Shown piece after piece: positions 35,661 to 45,108 of a DNA stretch of 45,113 nucleotides; position 1 is the first letter of the stretch, and each line of letters opens with the position of its first letter. The stretch is taken from UHGV virus genome UHGV-0116246. One strand, 5' to 3'. Under the pieces are notes generated by a model that did no database searches, was not told the DNA's origin, and was given only the letters and a program-made list of their open reading frames with translations. Both the position numbers and the translations under genes were made by a program. This DNA is from a virus.

Positions 35661-36363
35661 TAAAAATGAAAGTAATCCTACAACTTTATATGAAATATTG
35701 GATAATTGGCAATTAGTTACATTAAATAATATACATACAACTATACCAGGAACTATATTATCATTTGATCCAGTTAAAATGGAAGCTTCTGTTTTACCAT
35801 TAGCTAGACCAGTTATAGCAGGGCAAGAAGTACAGCCACAACCTATAGATAGATGTCCAGTATGTTTCTTAAATGATTCTACTTTTGCAGTAAGACATCC
35901 ACTCCAAAAAGGAGATTTAGTAGTAATAGGCTTCTCTGAAGTAAGCTTAGAAAAAATATTAACTACAAAAAAGCCAGAAAGTGTAACTAAAAACGGCAGA
36001 TTTAATATGAGTGATGGAATAATAATTGGAACTATAGATGGAGAATATGACAATATGCCTTCTGATAACATTGCTGATTTATTGATAATAAACAAGAAAA
36101 CAGGACATAAAATAGTATTTAAAGCAGACGGAAGTATAGATACTACAGTTGAGATTATAACAGCTTTAAATGCTACATCTATAAAAGCACCTAATGCGGT
36201 AATAGAATGTAAAACTGTAATAGCATCTGAAAAAGTAGAAGCTCCAATGGTAAATGGAACAACAGATGTAACTTTTGCAGGAATATCAGGGAAAGGACAT
36301 ACACACAGTTATAGACCAGGAGATGGAAGCCCAACAAATACAGGAGCTCCAAGCAAAAACTAA
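35653..36363 (+). CDS. Baseplate spike (gpV-like)
   Basis: Start at MTNKNES (ATGA overlap). C-terminal GKGHTHSYRPGDGSP resembles spike tip. Confidence 0.4.
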   Translation: MTNKNESNPTTLYEILDNWQLVTLNNIHTTIPGTILSFDPVKMEASVLPLARPVIAGQEVQPQPIDRCPVCFLNDSTFAVRHPLQKGDLVVIGFSEVSLEKILTTKKPESVTKNGRFNMSDGIIIGTIDGEYDNMPSDNIADLLIINKKTGHKIVFKADGSIDTTVEIITALNATSIKAPNAVIECKTVIASEKVEAPMVNGTTDVTFAGISGKGHTHSYRPGDGSPTNTGAPSKN

Positions 36364-36374
36364 AGGGGTGAATA

Positions 36375-36743
36375 ATGGCATTAAAATTAAATTTAAATAC
36401 AAGAGATTTAGAATTTGACAATTCCAAGCACCTTAAAATAGCAAATAAAACAGAAGATGTACAGCAAAGATTGATACTTAAAACTGAATTAATGAAAGGT
36501 GAATGGTTTTTAGATAAAAATGAGGGTATTCCTTGGAAAGAAATATTTTCAGAAACAGGAGAAGACCAAATAAAAATGGCAAAAACTGCTATAAGAGATA
36601 TGTTAAATAATGATAAAGGAGTAAGTGAGATAAAAGAATTGAACGTTTATCAAGATTTAACAAAAAACTCTTTAAATATAAATTTTAAGGTTATAGCTAC
36701 AGATGAGAATGAATATACTATAGAAGTGAGTAAAAGGGGGTAG
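36375..36743 (+). CDS. XkdS-like small baseplate protein
   Basis: 122 aa. Precedes baseplate J-like gene as in PBSX xkdS-xkdT-xkdU. Confidence 0.4.
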   Translation: MALKLNLNTRDLEFDNSKHLKIANKTEDVQQRLILKTELMKGEWFLDKNEGIPWKEIFSETGEDQIKMAKTAIRDMLNNDKGVSEIKELNVYQDLTKNSLNINFKVIATDENEYTIEVSKRG

Positions 36744-37936
36744 TGATGTCATTTGGAGTTACAGAACAAGGATTTGTATTAAAAACCTATTCAGATATAC
36801 TCAAAAGTATGGAGGAAAAATTAAAAATAAAGTTTGGATTAGAATGGGAATTTGATATTTATACTCCAGAAGGAGCAATAATGGCAGTAACAGCCGACGA
36901 AATATCAAACGCATGGGAAGGAATAAAACAGGCATATTTTTCAGCTTATTTAGATTCATCAACTGGTATTCAGTTGGATTATCATGGAAAAAATGAAGAG
37001 CCTCCAGTTCCTAGAAGTCAAGGTAAATATTCTGTCACAACATTAGAATTTATAACAGATAGGGAAATGAGTATTCCTAAGAATACATTGGTCAAGAAAA
37101 GAGATACTGAATTAACTTATATGACTACTCAAAATTTAACTGTTGGAAGTTCACTTAAAGGAGAGGTTCAAGCTATAGCTACAGAATACGGAAATGATTA
37201 TAACTCTATAATAGGAGAAATATCTGAACTTGTAAACAATATTGTAGGAGTTGTATCTGTTTCAAATATAACGCCAGCAAGTGGAGGAGAAGGAATTGAA
37301 AAGGATATATATTATAGAGAAAGAATAAGAACAAGCCGACAGAGTAAAGGAGGATCTACATCTGATACGATAACAGCAGAACTATTGAAATCAGAAACAA
37401 TAAACAATGCTTTGGTTTTAGAAAATACAACAGATGAAATTGATTTAAACGGAATTAAACCAGGGCATATAAGAGCTTATATAGATGGAGTGGATTCTGA
37501 AGAAGTAGCAAAAATAATACATAAATATAAAAGTGCTGGAATAGAAAGTGAAGGGGATAGAATATATAAAATTGAAAACTCTGGAGGACAGGTTACAACG
37601 GAAAGATTTTATATGATGACTAAGGTTCAATTTTACATAAAAATAAATATAACTGATACTGCTGCTGTTGGAACTGTAACAGAACAATTAAAAGCAGACA
37701 TAAAGAATGTAATTATAGATTATATAGAATCTATTCAAAAGGGAGGAATGAAAAGCCAAGCTAGGAGAATAGTAGTAAATCAAATAGAATCTCGAGCATA
37801 TAGTGTATCTAATAATATTTTAGAATTAAATGCTACTGTTGGTTTAAGCCCTAATCCTGTTGGAACTGCAAATGTAGATATTCCGATAGGAGAATATTAT
37901 TACTGTGATGCAGATACAATTGAGGTGGTAGGATAA
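36743..37936 (+). CDS. Baseplate J-like protein
   Basis: 397 aa. Position and size. Confidence 0.5.
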   Translation: MMSFGVTEQGFVLKTYSDILKSMEEKLKIKFGLEWEFDIYTPEGAIMAVTADEISNAWEGIKQAYFSAYLDSSTGIQLDYHGKNEEPPVPRSQGKYSVTTLEFITDREMSIPKNTLVKKRDTELTYMTTQNLTVGSSLKGEVQAIATEYGNDYNSIIGEISELVNNIVGVVSVSNITPASGGEGIEKDIYYRERIRTSRQSKGGSTSDTITAELLKSETINNALVLENTTDEIDLNGIKPGHIRAYIDGVDSEEVAKIIHKYKSAGIESEGDRIYKIENSGGQVTTERFYMMTKVQFYIKINITDTAAVGTVTEQLKADIKNVIIDYIESIQKGGMKSQARRIVVNQIESRAYSVSNNILELNATVGLSPNPVGTANVDIPIGEYYYCDADTIEVVG

Positions 37937-38526
37937 TGCCAGTAAGTGATGTATTAAAGAAAATAGAAAAAGGAGAATTGGCTTATAAGCTGCCATCTTC
38001 ATATAATATTAATAATAATATTATAGCTGCAATTATGGAAGCTATAACAGATGAATTAAATGAACTTTTTAAAGCTATAGAAGATACTGAAAAAGTAAAA
38101 GATATAGATTTTATTTTCGGAAAGTCTATTGATTATTATGGATCTGACTATGAAGAATATAGGCAAGGGGATAATGATATTGATTATTTAAACAGAATAA
38201 GAAGTCTAAAATTAGCCTTTGGAAGTCTTGGAGATACAGATACTATAATAAGAGGCTTATCTGGTTATTTTAATTACGATTCTGAAAGAATAAATGTAAA
38301 TAATGTAGGAACAAGAAAAATAGAAGTTGTCTATCCTACAGAATTGCAAGAAGAGAGCGTAAAAAAAATATTATTGAGGTTAAAAGCTGCTGGAATAAGA
38401 TTTGAACTTACAAAAGATCAGTACTGGGAAGATTTTACATATGAACAATTAGAAGAAAAAACATATGAAGAACTAGAAAAATTAAGATATGAAAGAGGTG
38501 AAATTAATGCAAGGAGTATTTACTAA
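37936..38526 (+). CDS. XkdU/gpI-like baseplate wedge protein
   Basis: 196 aa. Position. Confidence 0.4.
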   Translation: MPVSDVLKKIEKGELAYKLPSSYNINNNIIAAIMEAITDELNELFKAIEDTEKVKDIDFIFGKSIDYYGSDYEEYRQGDNDIDYLNRIRSLKLAFGSLGDTDTIIRGLSGYFNYDSERINVNNVGTRKIEVVYPTELQEESVKKILLRLKAAGIRFELTKDQYWEDFTYEQLEEKTYEELEKLRYERGEINARSIY

Positions 38527-39490
38527 ATTTCTTCAATTATGGATTCCAAATAAAACAGATAAAGGTAGTGTAGTAACAGATGTTTTTGAACCTAACTTTA
38601 CAAAACTAGACCAAAATGCGGAAACTACTAACCAGACATTAACCAAATTAAGCGAAAATAAACTTGATAAAGGCACATATCCAGGAAAAGCGTCTGACTT
38701 AAAAACAGAAATAGATGGTAAAGTCAATAGAGTGGGAGATACTATGTTAGCAATGTTGAACTTTCAGGGTGAAAATATAGGAATTGCACTTTTAAAAAAA
38801 GATAGAACATATATAGGATCAGTTTATGGAACTGAAACAGGAACTGTTTATATAACAAATAATATTTCAGATAAATCCATAGCTTTATATCAAGATGGTG
38901 GAATGTCTATACAAGCTAAGAACTTAACGACACCAGAAAAAGAAGTTATATCAGCTGTAAATAATTTAAATAATGGAAAAGCAGGTTTATTTGTATGGAA
39001 TAAAACAACCGGATCTCCAATTATAGACAATTTAAAAGAACCTGGAATATATTATTTAGCTAATGATAATCTAAGTCCAGGAAGTCCAGACGCCAACAGG
39101 GCTATGATGATAGTAAATAACAAGGATTATCCATATCAGGAATGGTTTCCATATTTTAAACCAGGAGTAAGATATACAAGATATTGGAATGGAACAACAT
39201 TTTCCAACTGGGAGAAAGGCTCATGTATAACAAGTTCTAGAGATAAATTAATCATAAAAGACATGACAATTCAATTCACTACTGGATCACCTCAAACATT
39301 TTATTTTGATAGTGCATTTCCTACAGCTTGTTTAGGAGTTATGGTAGGAGATACCCAAAACCTTGTAAGCAATATAGAAAATGTTCAGATTTACAATACT
39401 ACAAGAACAAATTTTACAGGAACAGCAGTATCGATCCCGGAAATTTCACCAGTGGCTATTGCAGTGAAAATTATAGCTATAGGATATTAG
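38507..39490 (+). CDS. Tail fibre protein
   Basis: Start at MQGVFTKFLQLWIPNK. Gly/Asn/Thr-rich beta-type sequence. Confidence 0.5.
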   Translation: MQGVFTKFLQLWIPNKTDKGSVVTDVFEPNFTKLDQNAETTNQTLTKLSENKLDKGTYPGKASDLKTEIDGKVNRVGDTMLAMLNFQGENIGIALLKKDRTYIGSVYGTETGTVYITNNISDKSIALYQDGGMSIQAKNLTTPEKEVISAVNNLNNGKAGLFVWNKTTGSPIIDNLKEPGIYYLANDNLSPGSPDANRAMMIVNNKDYPYQEWFPYFKPGVRYTRYWNGTTFSNWEKGSCITSSRDKLIIKDMTIQFTTGSPQTFYFDSAFPTACLGVMVGDTQNLVSNIENVQIYNTTRTNFTGTAVSIPEISPVAIAVKIIAIGY

Positions 39491-39499
39491 GAGGTAGGA

Positions 39500-39907
39500 A
39501 TGACAGAGATGGAAATAAACAAATGGCAAAGATATTATAAAGTAGAAGATGGCAAATTTGTAGGGTTTTACTTAGAAAAAGAAGGAACTAGCAAAGAGAA
39601 AAATCAATTTTATGAAATAAGTAAAGAAGAGCATGAGAGATTAATGAAAGGCCAAGCTGAAGGGAAAAGTATTGTTTATGAAAATGGAAAATTAACTTTA
39701 ATTGAATTTGAAGAAACATTGAATAAGGATCAATTAATAAATCTTAGAAAAAACAAAATTATTCAATTTGAAAAACTGGAAGAAGAGAAAAAGCTATTAG
39801 AAAAAAGTAAATTTTCTTCTGAAGATGAAATGAAAGCTATTACAGAAAAAATGGCTGTTATTGAAGAAGATATAAACAGCCTAGCAGAAAAGATAAAAGG
39901 TTTATAA
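39500..39907 (+). CDS. Hypothetical coiled-coil protein (possible fibre assembly factor)
   Basis: 135 aa. Confidence 0.3.
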   Translation: MTEMEINKWQRYYKVEDGKFVGFYLEKEGTSKEKNQFYEISKEEHERLMKGQAEGKSIVYENGKLTLIEFEETLNKDQLINLRKNKIIQFEKLEEEKKLLEKSKFSSEDEMKAITEKMAVIEEDINSLAEKIKGL

Positions 39908-39952
39908 TTGAAATTATTAATGCAAATAAATAATTTTTAAGGGGGGTAAATA

Positions 39953-40390
39953 GTGAAAATATCTGAAAAAGGGATTAATTTTTTAATTCAGGAAGAAGGA
40001 GAAAGATTAAAGGCGTATAAGTGTGCTGCAGGAGTTTGGACAATAGGGGTAGGACATACAGGACCAGATGTAAGAGAAGGAATGGTAATAACAAAAGAAA
40101 AATCAAGAGAACTTTTAAAACTTGATTTAAGTCGTTTTGAAAAAGCTATTGACACTTATATCAAAGTTCCGCTTGAACAATATCAATTTGATGCTTTGGT
40201 AAGCTTAGCTTTTAATATAGGAGTTGGAAACTTTTCTAAAAGTACTCTAGTAAAAAAGATAAATGCAAATGCTCCTATTGAGGAAATAGAATTTCAATTT
40301 AAGCAGTGGAGACTAGCAGGCGGAAAACCTATATTACTACCTAGAAGGGAAAGAGAAGCTAAATTATATAGAGGAGGAAAGTATGAATAA
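39953..40390 (+). CDS. Endolysin, GH24 phage lysozyme (catalytic domain only)
   Basis: EGERLKAYKCAAGVWTIGVGHTGPDV: catalytic Glu and the TIGxGH motif of T4/lambda-type lysozymes. No cell-wall-binding domain. Confidence 0.8.
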   Translation: MKISEKGINFLIQEEGERLKAYKCAAGVWTIGVGHTGPDVREGMVITKEKSRELLKLDLSRFEKAIDTYIKVPLEQYQFDALVSLAFNIGVGNFSKSTLVKKINANAPIEEIEFQFKQWRLAGGKPILLPRREREAKLYRGGKYE

Positions 40391-40871
40391 GGAGACAATA
40401 TTTTTAATAATAACAATTATCCTAGTTATGGTGGGGATATATTACTTATATAAGTATAAAAAAGAAAGTTTATGGGTAATAGCCTGTTATGTGGTAACAA
40501 GAGCAGAGGAGGAATTTATATCAGGACAAGGGAAACAAAAACTTGAGTATGCTATAAAAGAATTCAAAAAAAGAATCCCTAGATATCTATCTTGGCTTAT
40601 ATCAGAAAATTTTATTATAAATTTAATTGAAGATGTCCTGGAAGGACTACAAGAAACATTTAAAAGCAGCAAAGAAAAACAGCTAACAGTTGTAAATAAA
40701 GTTCTTGAAACAGTTACTAACGGAGCACAACAAGATGTATTAAGAGTTACAAAGAAAATGGAGCAAGATATAAATAGTAAGGGATATGTAGAAGGATACT
40801 TAGAAGGAAGAACAGATTTAAAAGGTAACAATAATATAGTTGGAGGAATAAAAGCAGGAATAAAACTATAA
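40383..40871 (+). CDS. Membrane-anchored lysis-associated protein (holin-like, N-terminal TM)
   Basis: IFLIITIILVMVGIYYLY TM then 130-aa soluble part. Overlaps lysozyme stop. Confidence 0.35.
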   Translation: MNKETIFLIITIILVMVGIYYLYKYKKESLWVIACYVVTRAEEEFISGQGKQKLEYAIKEFKKRIPRYLSWLISENFIINLIEDVLEGLQETFKSSKEKQLTVVNKVLETVTNGAQQDVLRVTKKMEQDINSKGYVEGYLEGRTDLKGNNNIVGGIKAGIKL

Positions 40872-40920
40872 TATTATAACAACAATCTGGGATACTGCCA
40901 TTTCCCAGTAAGGAGACCGA

Positions 40921-41220
40921 ATGACTTTGAAGAAAATAAAAGAAAATATGATATCTATTATTTTGAGTTTAACTCTAGGTTTTACTTGGTCCTATATAAT
41001 AGGATTAGGAAAGGAACAAAAGATAGTAAATACAGAAATAGAAATAATAAAATTAAAGATAGTAAATCACAGGGAAGTGATAGATAAATTAGAAAAAAGT
41101 AGAGAAAATTTAAGTAATTACTATGTTACAAGAATAGAGTTTAACAGAATAACAGAAGAACAAGCAAAAAAACTGGATAGAATAGAAACAAAGCTAGATA
41201 AAATAATAGAAAATAAATAA
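40921..41220 (+). CDS. TM + coiled-coil protein (holin or spanin-like)
   Basis: MISIILSLTLGFTWSYIIGLG then coiled coil. Confidence 0.3.
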   Translation: MTLKKIKENMISIILSLTLGFTWSYIIGLGKEQKIVNTEIEIIKLKIVNHREVIDKLEKSRENLSNYYVTRIEFNRITEEQAKKLDRIETKLDKIIENK

Positions 41221-41237
41221 ACTCCAGGAGGGAGCTG

Positions 41238-41462
41238 ATGAAACAAAAAGAATATATAAAAATTAGCTTCAACACGACCAAAGAAATAGCCGAAGAATTA
41301 GAAAGATTAAAAGATACATCTGAAAGCTTTGGGCTTACACAGACCTACATTATAAATGAAGCTTTAAGAAAGTATCTAGATGAATATAAAAATGGTAAAA
41401 AAGGAGTGCTGGAACAGGCAGTTGAAGTCCTTAACAGTATTTCAAAAAGCATAGAAAAATAG
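41238..41462 (+). CDS. Ribbon-helix-helix protein (CopG/antitoxin-like)
   Basis: KISFNTTKEIAEELERLKDTSESFGLTQTYIINEALRKYL. Last gene of lysis operon. Confidence 0.5.
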   Translation: MKQKEYIKISFNTTKEIAEELERLKDTSESFGLTQTYIINEALRKYLDEYKNGKKGVLEQAVEVLNSISKSIEK

Positions 41463-41465
41463 AAA

Positions 41466-41490
41466 AGAGGGATTAACTCCCTCTTTTTTA
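41466..41490 (+). terminator. Rho-independent terminator
   Basis: AGAGGGATTAACTCCCTCT + TTTTTT. Confidence 0.6.
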
Positions 41491-41502
41491 ATATCCATAA
41501 AA

Positions 41503-41522
41503 TAAAAAAGCCCCTAAGGGCT
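41503..41522 (-). terminator. Rho-independent terminator for MazF-like gene
   Basis: AGCCCCTAAGGGCT stem with T-run on minus strand. Confidence 0.55.
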
Positions 41523-41537
41523 TTGGTTATAAATTAT

Positions 41538-41894
41538 TTATTCGTCATCAAATATTTTTATTGTTTTTTTTATGCTATCAATTAGTTTTTGTTTATCTTC
41601 ATTGTCTAAATCATAAATTTTATTTCCGAAAATTCTGCTTCTATGAATTTCTCTCATTTTTCTAACTTTAACAAAAGCACTTTGACAAGTTGGATTTGTT
41701 TGATATTTATTACAATCTATTGTGAAACCACCTCTATATTTTGTACCTTTCTTTTTACTTGTTATAGGGGCAGCTAATAAAGTTTTATCTTTGCAAGAAA
41801 GTTCACTTAATATTACAGCGTAGTGTTTTCCATTAAACTCTCCACCTATATTTATTTTGAAATCTACAAGATACACACCTAAAATATCAAACAT
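41538..41894 (-). CDS. MazF/PemK/Kid-family endoribonuclease toxin-like protein
   Basis: Start at MFDILG after AGGAGG. VYLVDFKINIGGEFNGKHYAVILSEL...LLAAPITSKKKG matches the MazF/PemK fold signature. Confidence 0.55.
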   Translation of the reverse strand: MFDILGVYLVDFKINIGGEFNGKHYAVILSELSCKDKTLLAAPITSKKKGTKYRGGFTIDCNKYQTNPTCQSAFVKVRKMREIHRSRIFGNKIYDLDNEDKQKLIDSIKKTIKIFDDE

Positions 41895-42194
41895 CAAGCC
41901 TCCTAAAAAATTAAGCACATCATTTCTGATGTGCCTGCATGTCCTTAACGAATAAGGCTTTTTTTCCTCCGTGATCCCCGTATCCTTAAACTAAGATAGA
42001 AAGGCTTTTAGGTTACTTAATGGTAACATATTTATATGACTTTGTCAATAAAAAGTTGAACTTTTACAACCAAATAAATATATTATAAGGTATTATTTAG
42101 GTATATTTTTAGATTTATTTTGCTATAAAAGATAAAATATAGTTATCAAAGTCAAAGGTGAAAAATGGCAGAAATAAATCTTTGAGGTGAGAAA

Positions 42195-42845
42195 ATGAAT
42201 ATTGAAAAAATGGCTTGTCCACATTGTGGAAATGATAACATTAACGAAATGATTTTTAATTCTGTGGACTATATGAACCCACAAAACAAGCAGAATCCAA
42301 TTTTAAATGGTTATAGTTATGAATGGAAACCTAAAATTCCTATAGGCTTTCATTTTAAATGTAGCAAGTGTGGAAAGGATACCTTTATAATTCCAGAGAA
42401 TGGAAAGTATGGAAGTATAGAATGGGGAGAAGATATTCCACAGCAAGTGATTTTTACACCTGTATATAAACAACCTGAATTTTCGGCAACAGCATTTATT
42501 ATGTATAACGAAGAGAGAAAGGGCGGACATTTAGACCAGGTAGTAACAACTAACCAAAATACCATTTTATCTCTTATAACTAGAGAAGTTATAACAGAAG
42601 ATGGAAGTTGGAAAGTAATTGACAAAAAAATGTATGAACTATTAAAAAGCAAAGGGTTTAAGGAGGTAGGCTATGAATCCAATGATGATGATGTTACAAA
42701 AAGCATTAGGGCCACAAGCAGCACAGATGATGAAACAATGGCAGCAAATGACACCGCAGCAACAACAGGAAATGATGCAAAAGGTACAGCAAATGACACC
42801 AGAGCAGAGAAACAACATTTTACAACAAAGGGGAATAGACCCTAA
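42195..42845 (+). CDS. Zinc-ribbon protein (CPHCG...CSKCG); C-terminal ~55 codons overlap next gene and are probably not real
   Basis: First ~160 aa look protein-like. Tail is out-of-frame read of the Gln-rich gene. Confidence 0.35.
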   Translation: MNIEKMACPHCGNDNINEMIFNSVDYMNPQNKQNPILNGYSYEWKPKIPIGFHFKCSKCGKDTFIIPENGKYGSIEWGEDIPQQVIFTPVYKQPEFSATAFIMYNEERKGGHLDQVVTTNQNTILSLITREVITEDGSWKVIDKKMYELLKSKGFKEVGYESNDDDVTKSIRATSSTDDETMAANDTAATTGNDAKGTANDTRAEKQHFTTKGNRP

Positions 42846-42924
42846 TAGTATACAGCCAAGTAGTCCAGTAGGACCAGGAGCAACGCCAACAGTTCAAGGC
42901 GGAGGTAGAAAATTTAATTACTAG
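42673..42924 (+). CDS. Gln/Met-rich small protein
   Basis: AAGGAGGTAGGCTATG RBS. MNPMMMMLQKALGPQAAQMMKQWQQMTPQQQQEMMQKVQQMTPEQRNNILQQ. Confidence 0.4.
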   Translation: MNPMMMMLQKALGPQAAQMMKQWQQMTPQQQQEMMQKVQQMTPEQRNNILQQRGIDPNSIQPSSPVGPGATPTVQGGGRKFNY

Positions 42925-42976
42925 GTAATAACACGGGGGTGTTTTACAAATAAAAAAACAATAGGAGGTATAAACT

Positions 42977-43678
42977 ATGGCAGGATTTAGCACAGAGGGC
43001 GTAATGCCTATGATGCCAACTGGAATGGCTGGCGGAGACGGTTTCGGTTTTGGAGCTGGTGGAGGTTGGATTGTTTTCCTAATTATAGCGATGATGTTTG
43101 GTTGGGGTAGAAATGGATTCGGAGCTGGTGGAGCTGGTGGATTTGCAGGTGGAGAACTAATGGCAGATCAATTTGCTTTACAAGACCTTAAAAACGGACA
43201 TAGAGCTATAGAGTCTGGAATAACAGGATTGGGAAATGGAATCTGTGATTCTACTTATGCAATGGCCCAACAAAACAGTCAAACAAGAGAACTAATAGGT
43301 TTAGGATTTGCTAATCTAAATTCAAACCTAGATAGCTGCTGCTGCACTACTAACAGAAATATAGATTCTGTTAGATATGAAAATGCTAAAAACACATGTG
43401 ATATAATCACAAATGCTAACATGAACACTAGAGATTTAATAGCTGCTGGAAATGCAAATACACAAAGAATCGTGGATATGATGACAGCTAATACTATTCA
43501 GGAACTTAGAGACAGAAACCAAGATTTAACACTTTCTGCAACTCTACAAGCTCAATCTAATAACATTATAAATGCTATTAGACCTACACCAGTACCAGCA
43601 TACCAAAGCTGTAACCCATGGGGAACACCAGTATTTGGTAATGGCTGTGGTGGATTTAACGGTTGTGGAAATATCTAG
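42977..43678 (+). CDS. Gly-rich membrane protein with YjcZ-like N-terminus and Cys-rich C-terminus
   Basis: GFGFGAGGGWIVFLIIAMMFGWG resembles YjcZ-type small sporulation proteins. C-terminal multiple Cys. Confidence 0.4.
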   Translation: MAGFSTEGVMPMMPTGMAGGDGFGFGAGGGWIVFLIIAMMFGWGRNGFGAGGAGGFAGGELMADQFALQDLKNGHRAIESGITGLGNGICDSTYAMAQQNSQTRELIGLGFANLNSNLDSCCCTTNRNIDSVRYENAKNTCDIITNANMNTRDLIAAGNANTQRIVDMMTANTIQELRDRNQDLTLSATLQAQSNNIINAIRPTPVPAYQSCNPWGTPVFGNGCGGFNGCGNI

Positions 43679-43752
43679 TTAATTATTCCGACTAATTGTC
43701 GTGACTTTAAGGTGGGATAATTCCCACCTTTTTAATTAAAGGAGGTAAAAAT

Positions 43753-44196
43753 ATGAATTGCAATTTAAATGCTAGTTGTAGATGTAATAGATGCAGACAT
43801 CTAATAACTGTAACAACAGCAACAATAACAGGAGGAAAACTCGTATTAAATGTACAGCCTAGCCAATCTTTTAACAATAATGAAAATGTATGTTTATTAA
43901 TAGCCACTACTCTTCCAAGCTCTACAACACCTATTCCAGTAGTAATAACTATAGGAAGTTCTACAACACAGATACCACTAATTAATAAATGTGGAAATAA
44001 TGTGTATAGCGATCAGATAAGAAATAGGAGAATATATCCAACAAGATTTAAAACAGATGTTACTTCTTTAAACTATGTAGGAACTTGTAATTTGCCTTGT
44101 ACGAGCTTTGTATTCCCTGTGTATACTCCAACTACACCTACAGAAACAACAGCTGTAGAAACAAGTATAACTAAAAAAGGAGAGGTGACTAAATAA
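43753..44196 (+). CDS. Cys/Thr-rich protein
   Basis: 147 aa. CNLNASCRCNRCRHL N-terminus, Thr/Pro-rich C-terminus. Confidence 0.35.
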   Translation: MNCNLNASCRCNRCRHLITVTTATITGGKLVLNVQPSQSFNNNENVCLLIATTLPSSTTPIPVVITIGSSTTQIPLINKCGNNVYSDQIRNRRIYPTRFKTDVTSLNYVGTCNLPCTSFVFPVYTPTTPTETTAVETSITKKGEVTK

Positions 44197-44546
44197 TGAA
44201 AGAAAGATTGGAAAGAATGATAGATATGTTGAAAGATGATTATAATGATGCTGAAATGGCATATGAGTATGCAAAAGAAGAAAAGGAAGCTGAAAATATG
44301 GATATGGCATCTTGGTACTTAACAAGAGCAAGAACTCGCTTAGACATGTTCCAAAAAGATGATGAAAAGATACAAAACATGATGAGAGAACATGAGAGTA
44401 AAACAAGAAGTTATGATACAGAAAAACACCATGAGCATGAGGAACATAAACATCACAGCATGGCTGAACTCTGGAAATGCTTCTATGAAGATTTAATCGA
44501 GGAAGCGCATGAGTTATCACAAAAAATTAGTAAATTTAAGATGTAA
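44196..44546 (+). CDS. His/Glu-rich small protein
   Basis: 116 aa. HHEHEEHKHH. Confidence 0.35.
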   Translation: MKERLERMIDMLKDDYNDAEMAYEYAKEEKEAENMDMASWYLTRARTRLDMFQKDDEKIQNMMREHESKTRSYDTEKHHEHEEHKHHSMAELWKCFYEDLIEEAHELSQKISKFKM

Positions 44547-44662
44547 AAAGCAGGGAGAAATCCCTGTTTTTTTTATTTTAAAAATATTTTAAAAAAGTTG
44601 TTGACATAATCTTGAGATTATGTTAAAATAAATTATAAGAAAAAACAAATGGAGGTTTTAAT

Positions 44663-44896
44663 ATGACAAAATATGATGTTTTAGAAAATTTACACAATCT
44701 TATAGGAGCAGAATTTGATTACAATGAAGTAGTTTGTGCATTTGAAGATTTTGAAGAAGAAGGAGTGAATGAAGTAATTGTAAATGAAAGTAATAATAAT
44801 GGCTATGATTACATAGCTTATATTAACACTCCTAATTCTACACAATTTTTATTTAAAGTAGAAGATAACATTATAGAAGATGTATGGATTGCATAA
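44663..44896 (+). CDS. Hypothetical protein
   Basis: 77 aa. GGAGG RBS. Confidence 0.35.
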   Translation: MTKYDVLENLHNLIGAEFDYNEVVCAFEDFEEEGVNEVIVNESNNNGYDYIAYINTPNSTQFLFKVEDNIIEDVWIA

Positions 44897-45108
44897 TGGG
44901 AAAGAGGAGAGGTTATGCTTCTAATGAACAACAAGTAGAGGCAAATAAAAGATATCTGGAAGCAAATCCAGGTGCAAAAGAAAGGAAAAAAATCCTAAGC
45001 ATGAAAAGTGCTGGTAAAAACTTTATTAAAAATCATTCTTCTTTAGAAGATTTAGAGATGTTTAAATCTTTAATAGAAGAAAGAGAAAAAATTTTAAAAG
45101 GTGATTAA
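44884..45108 (+). CDS. Hypothetical protein
   Basis: 74 aa. Confidence 0.3.
   Translation: MDCIMGKRRGYASNEQQVEANKRYLEANPGAKERKKILSMKSAGKNFIKNHSSLEDLEMFKSLIEEREKILKGD

Noticed and set aside
42195-42845. Full 216-aa length of zinc-ribbon ORF
   Set aside because: The last ~55 codons are the out-of-frame reading of the well-initiated Gln-rich gene 42673-42924. Kept as feature but flagged as probably shorter.
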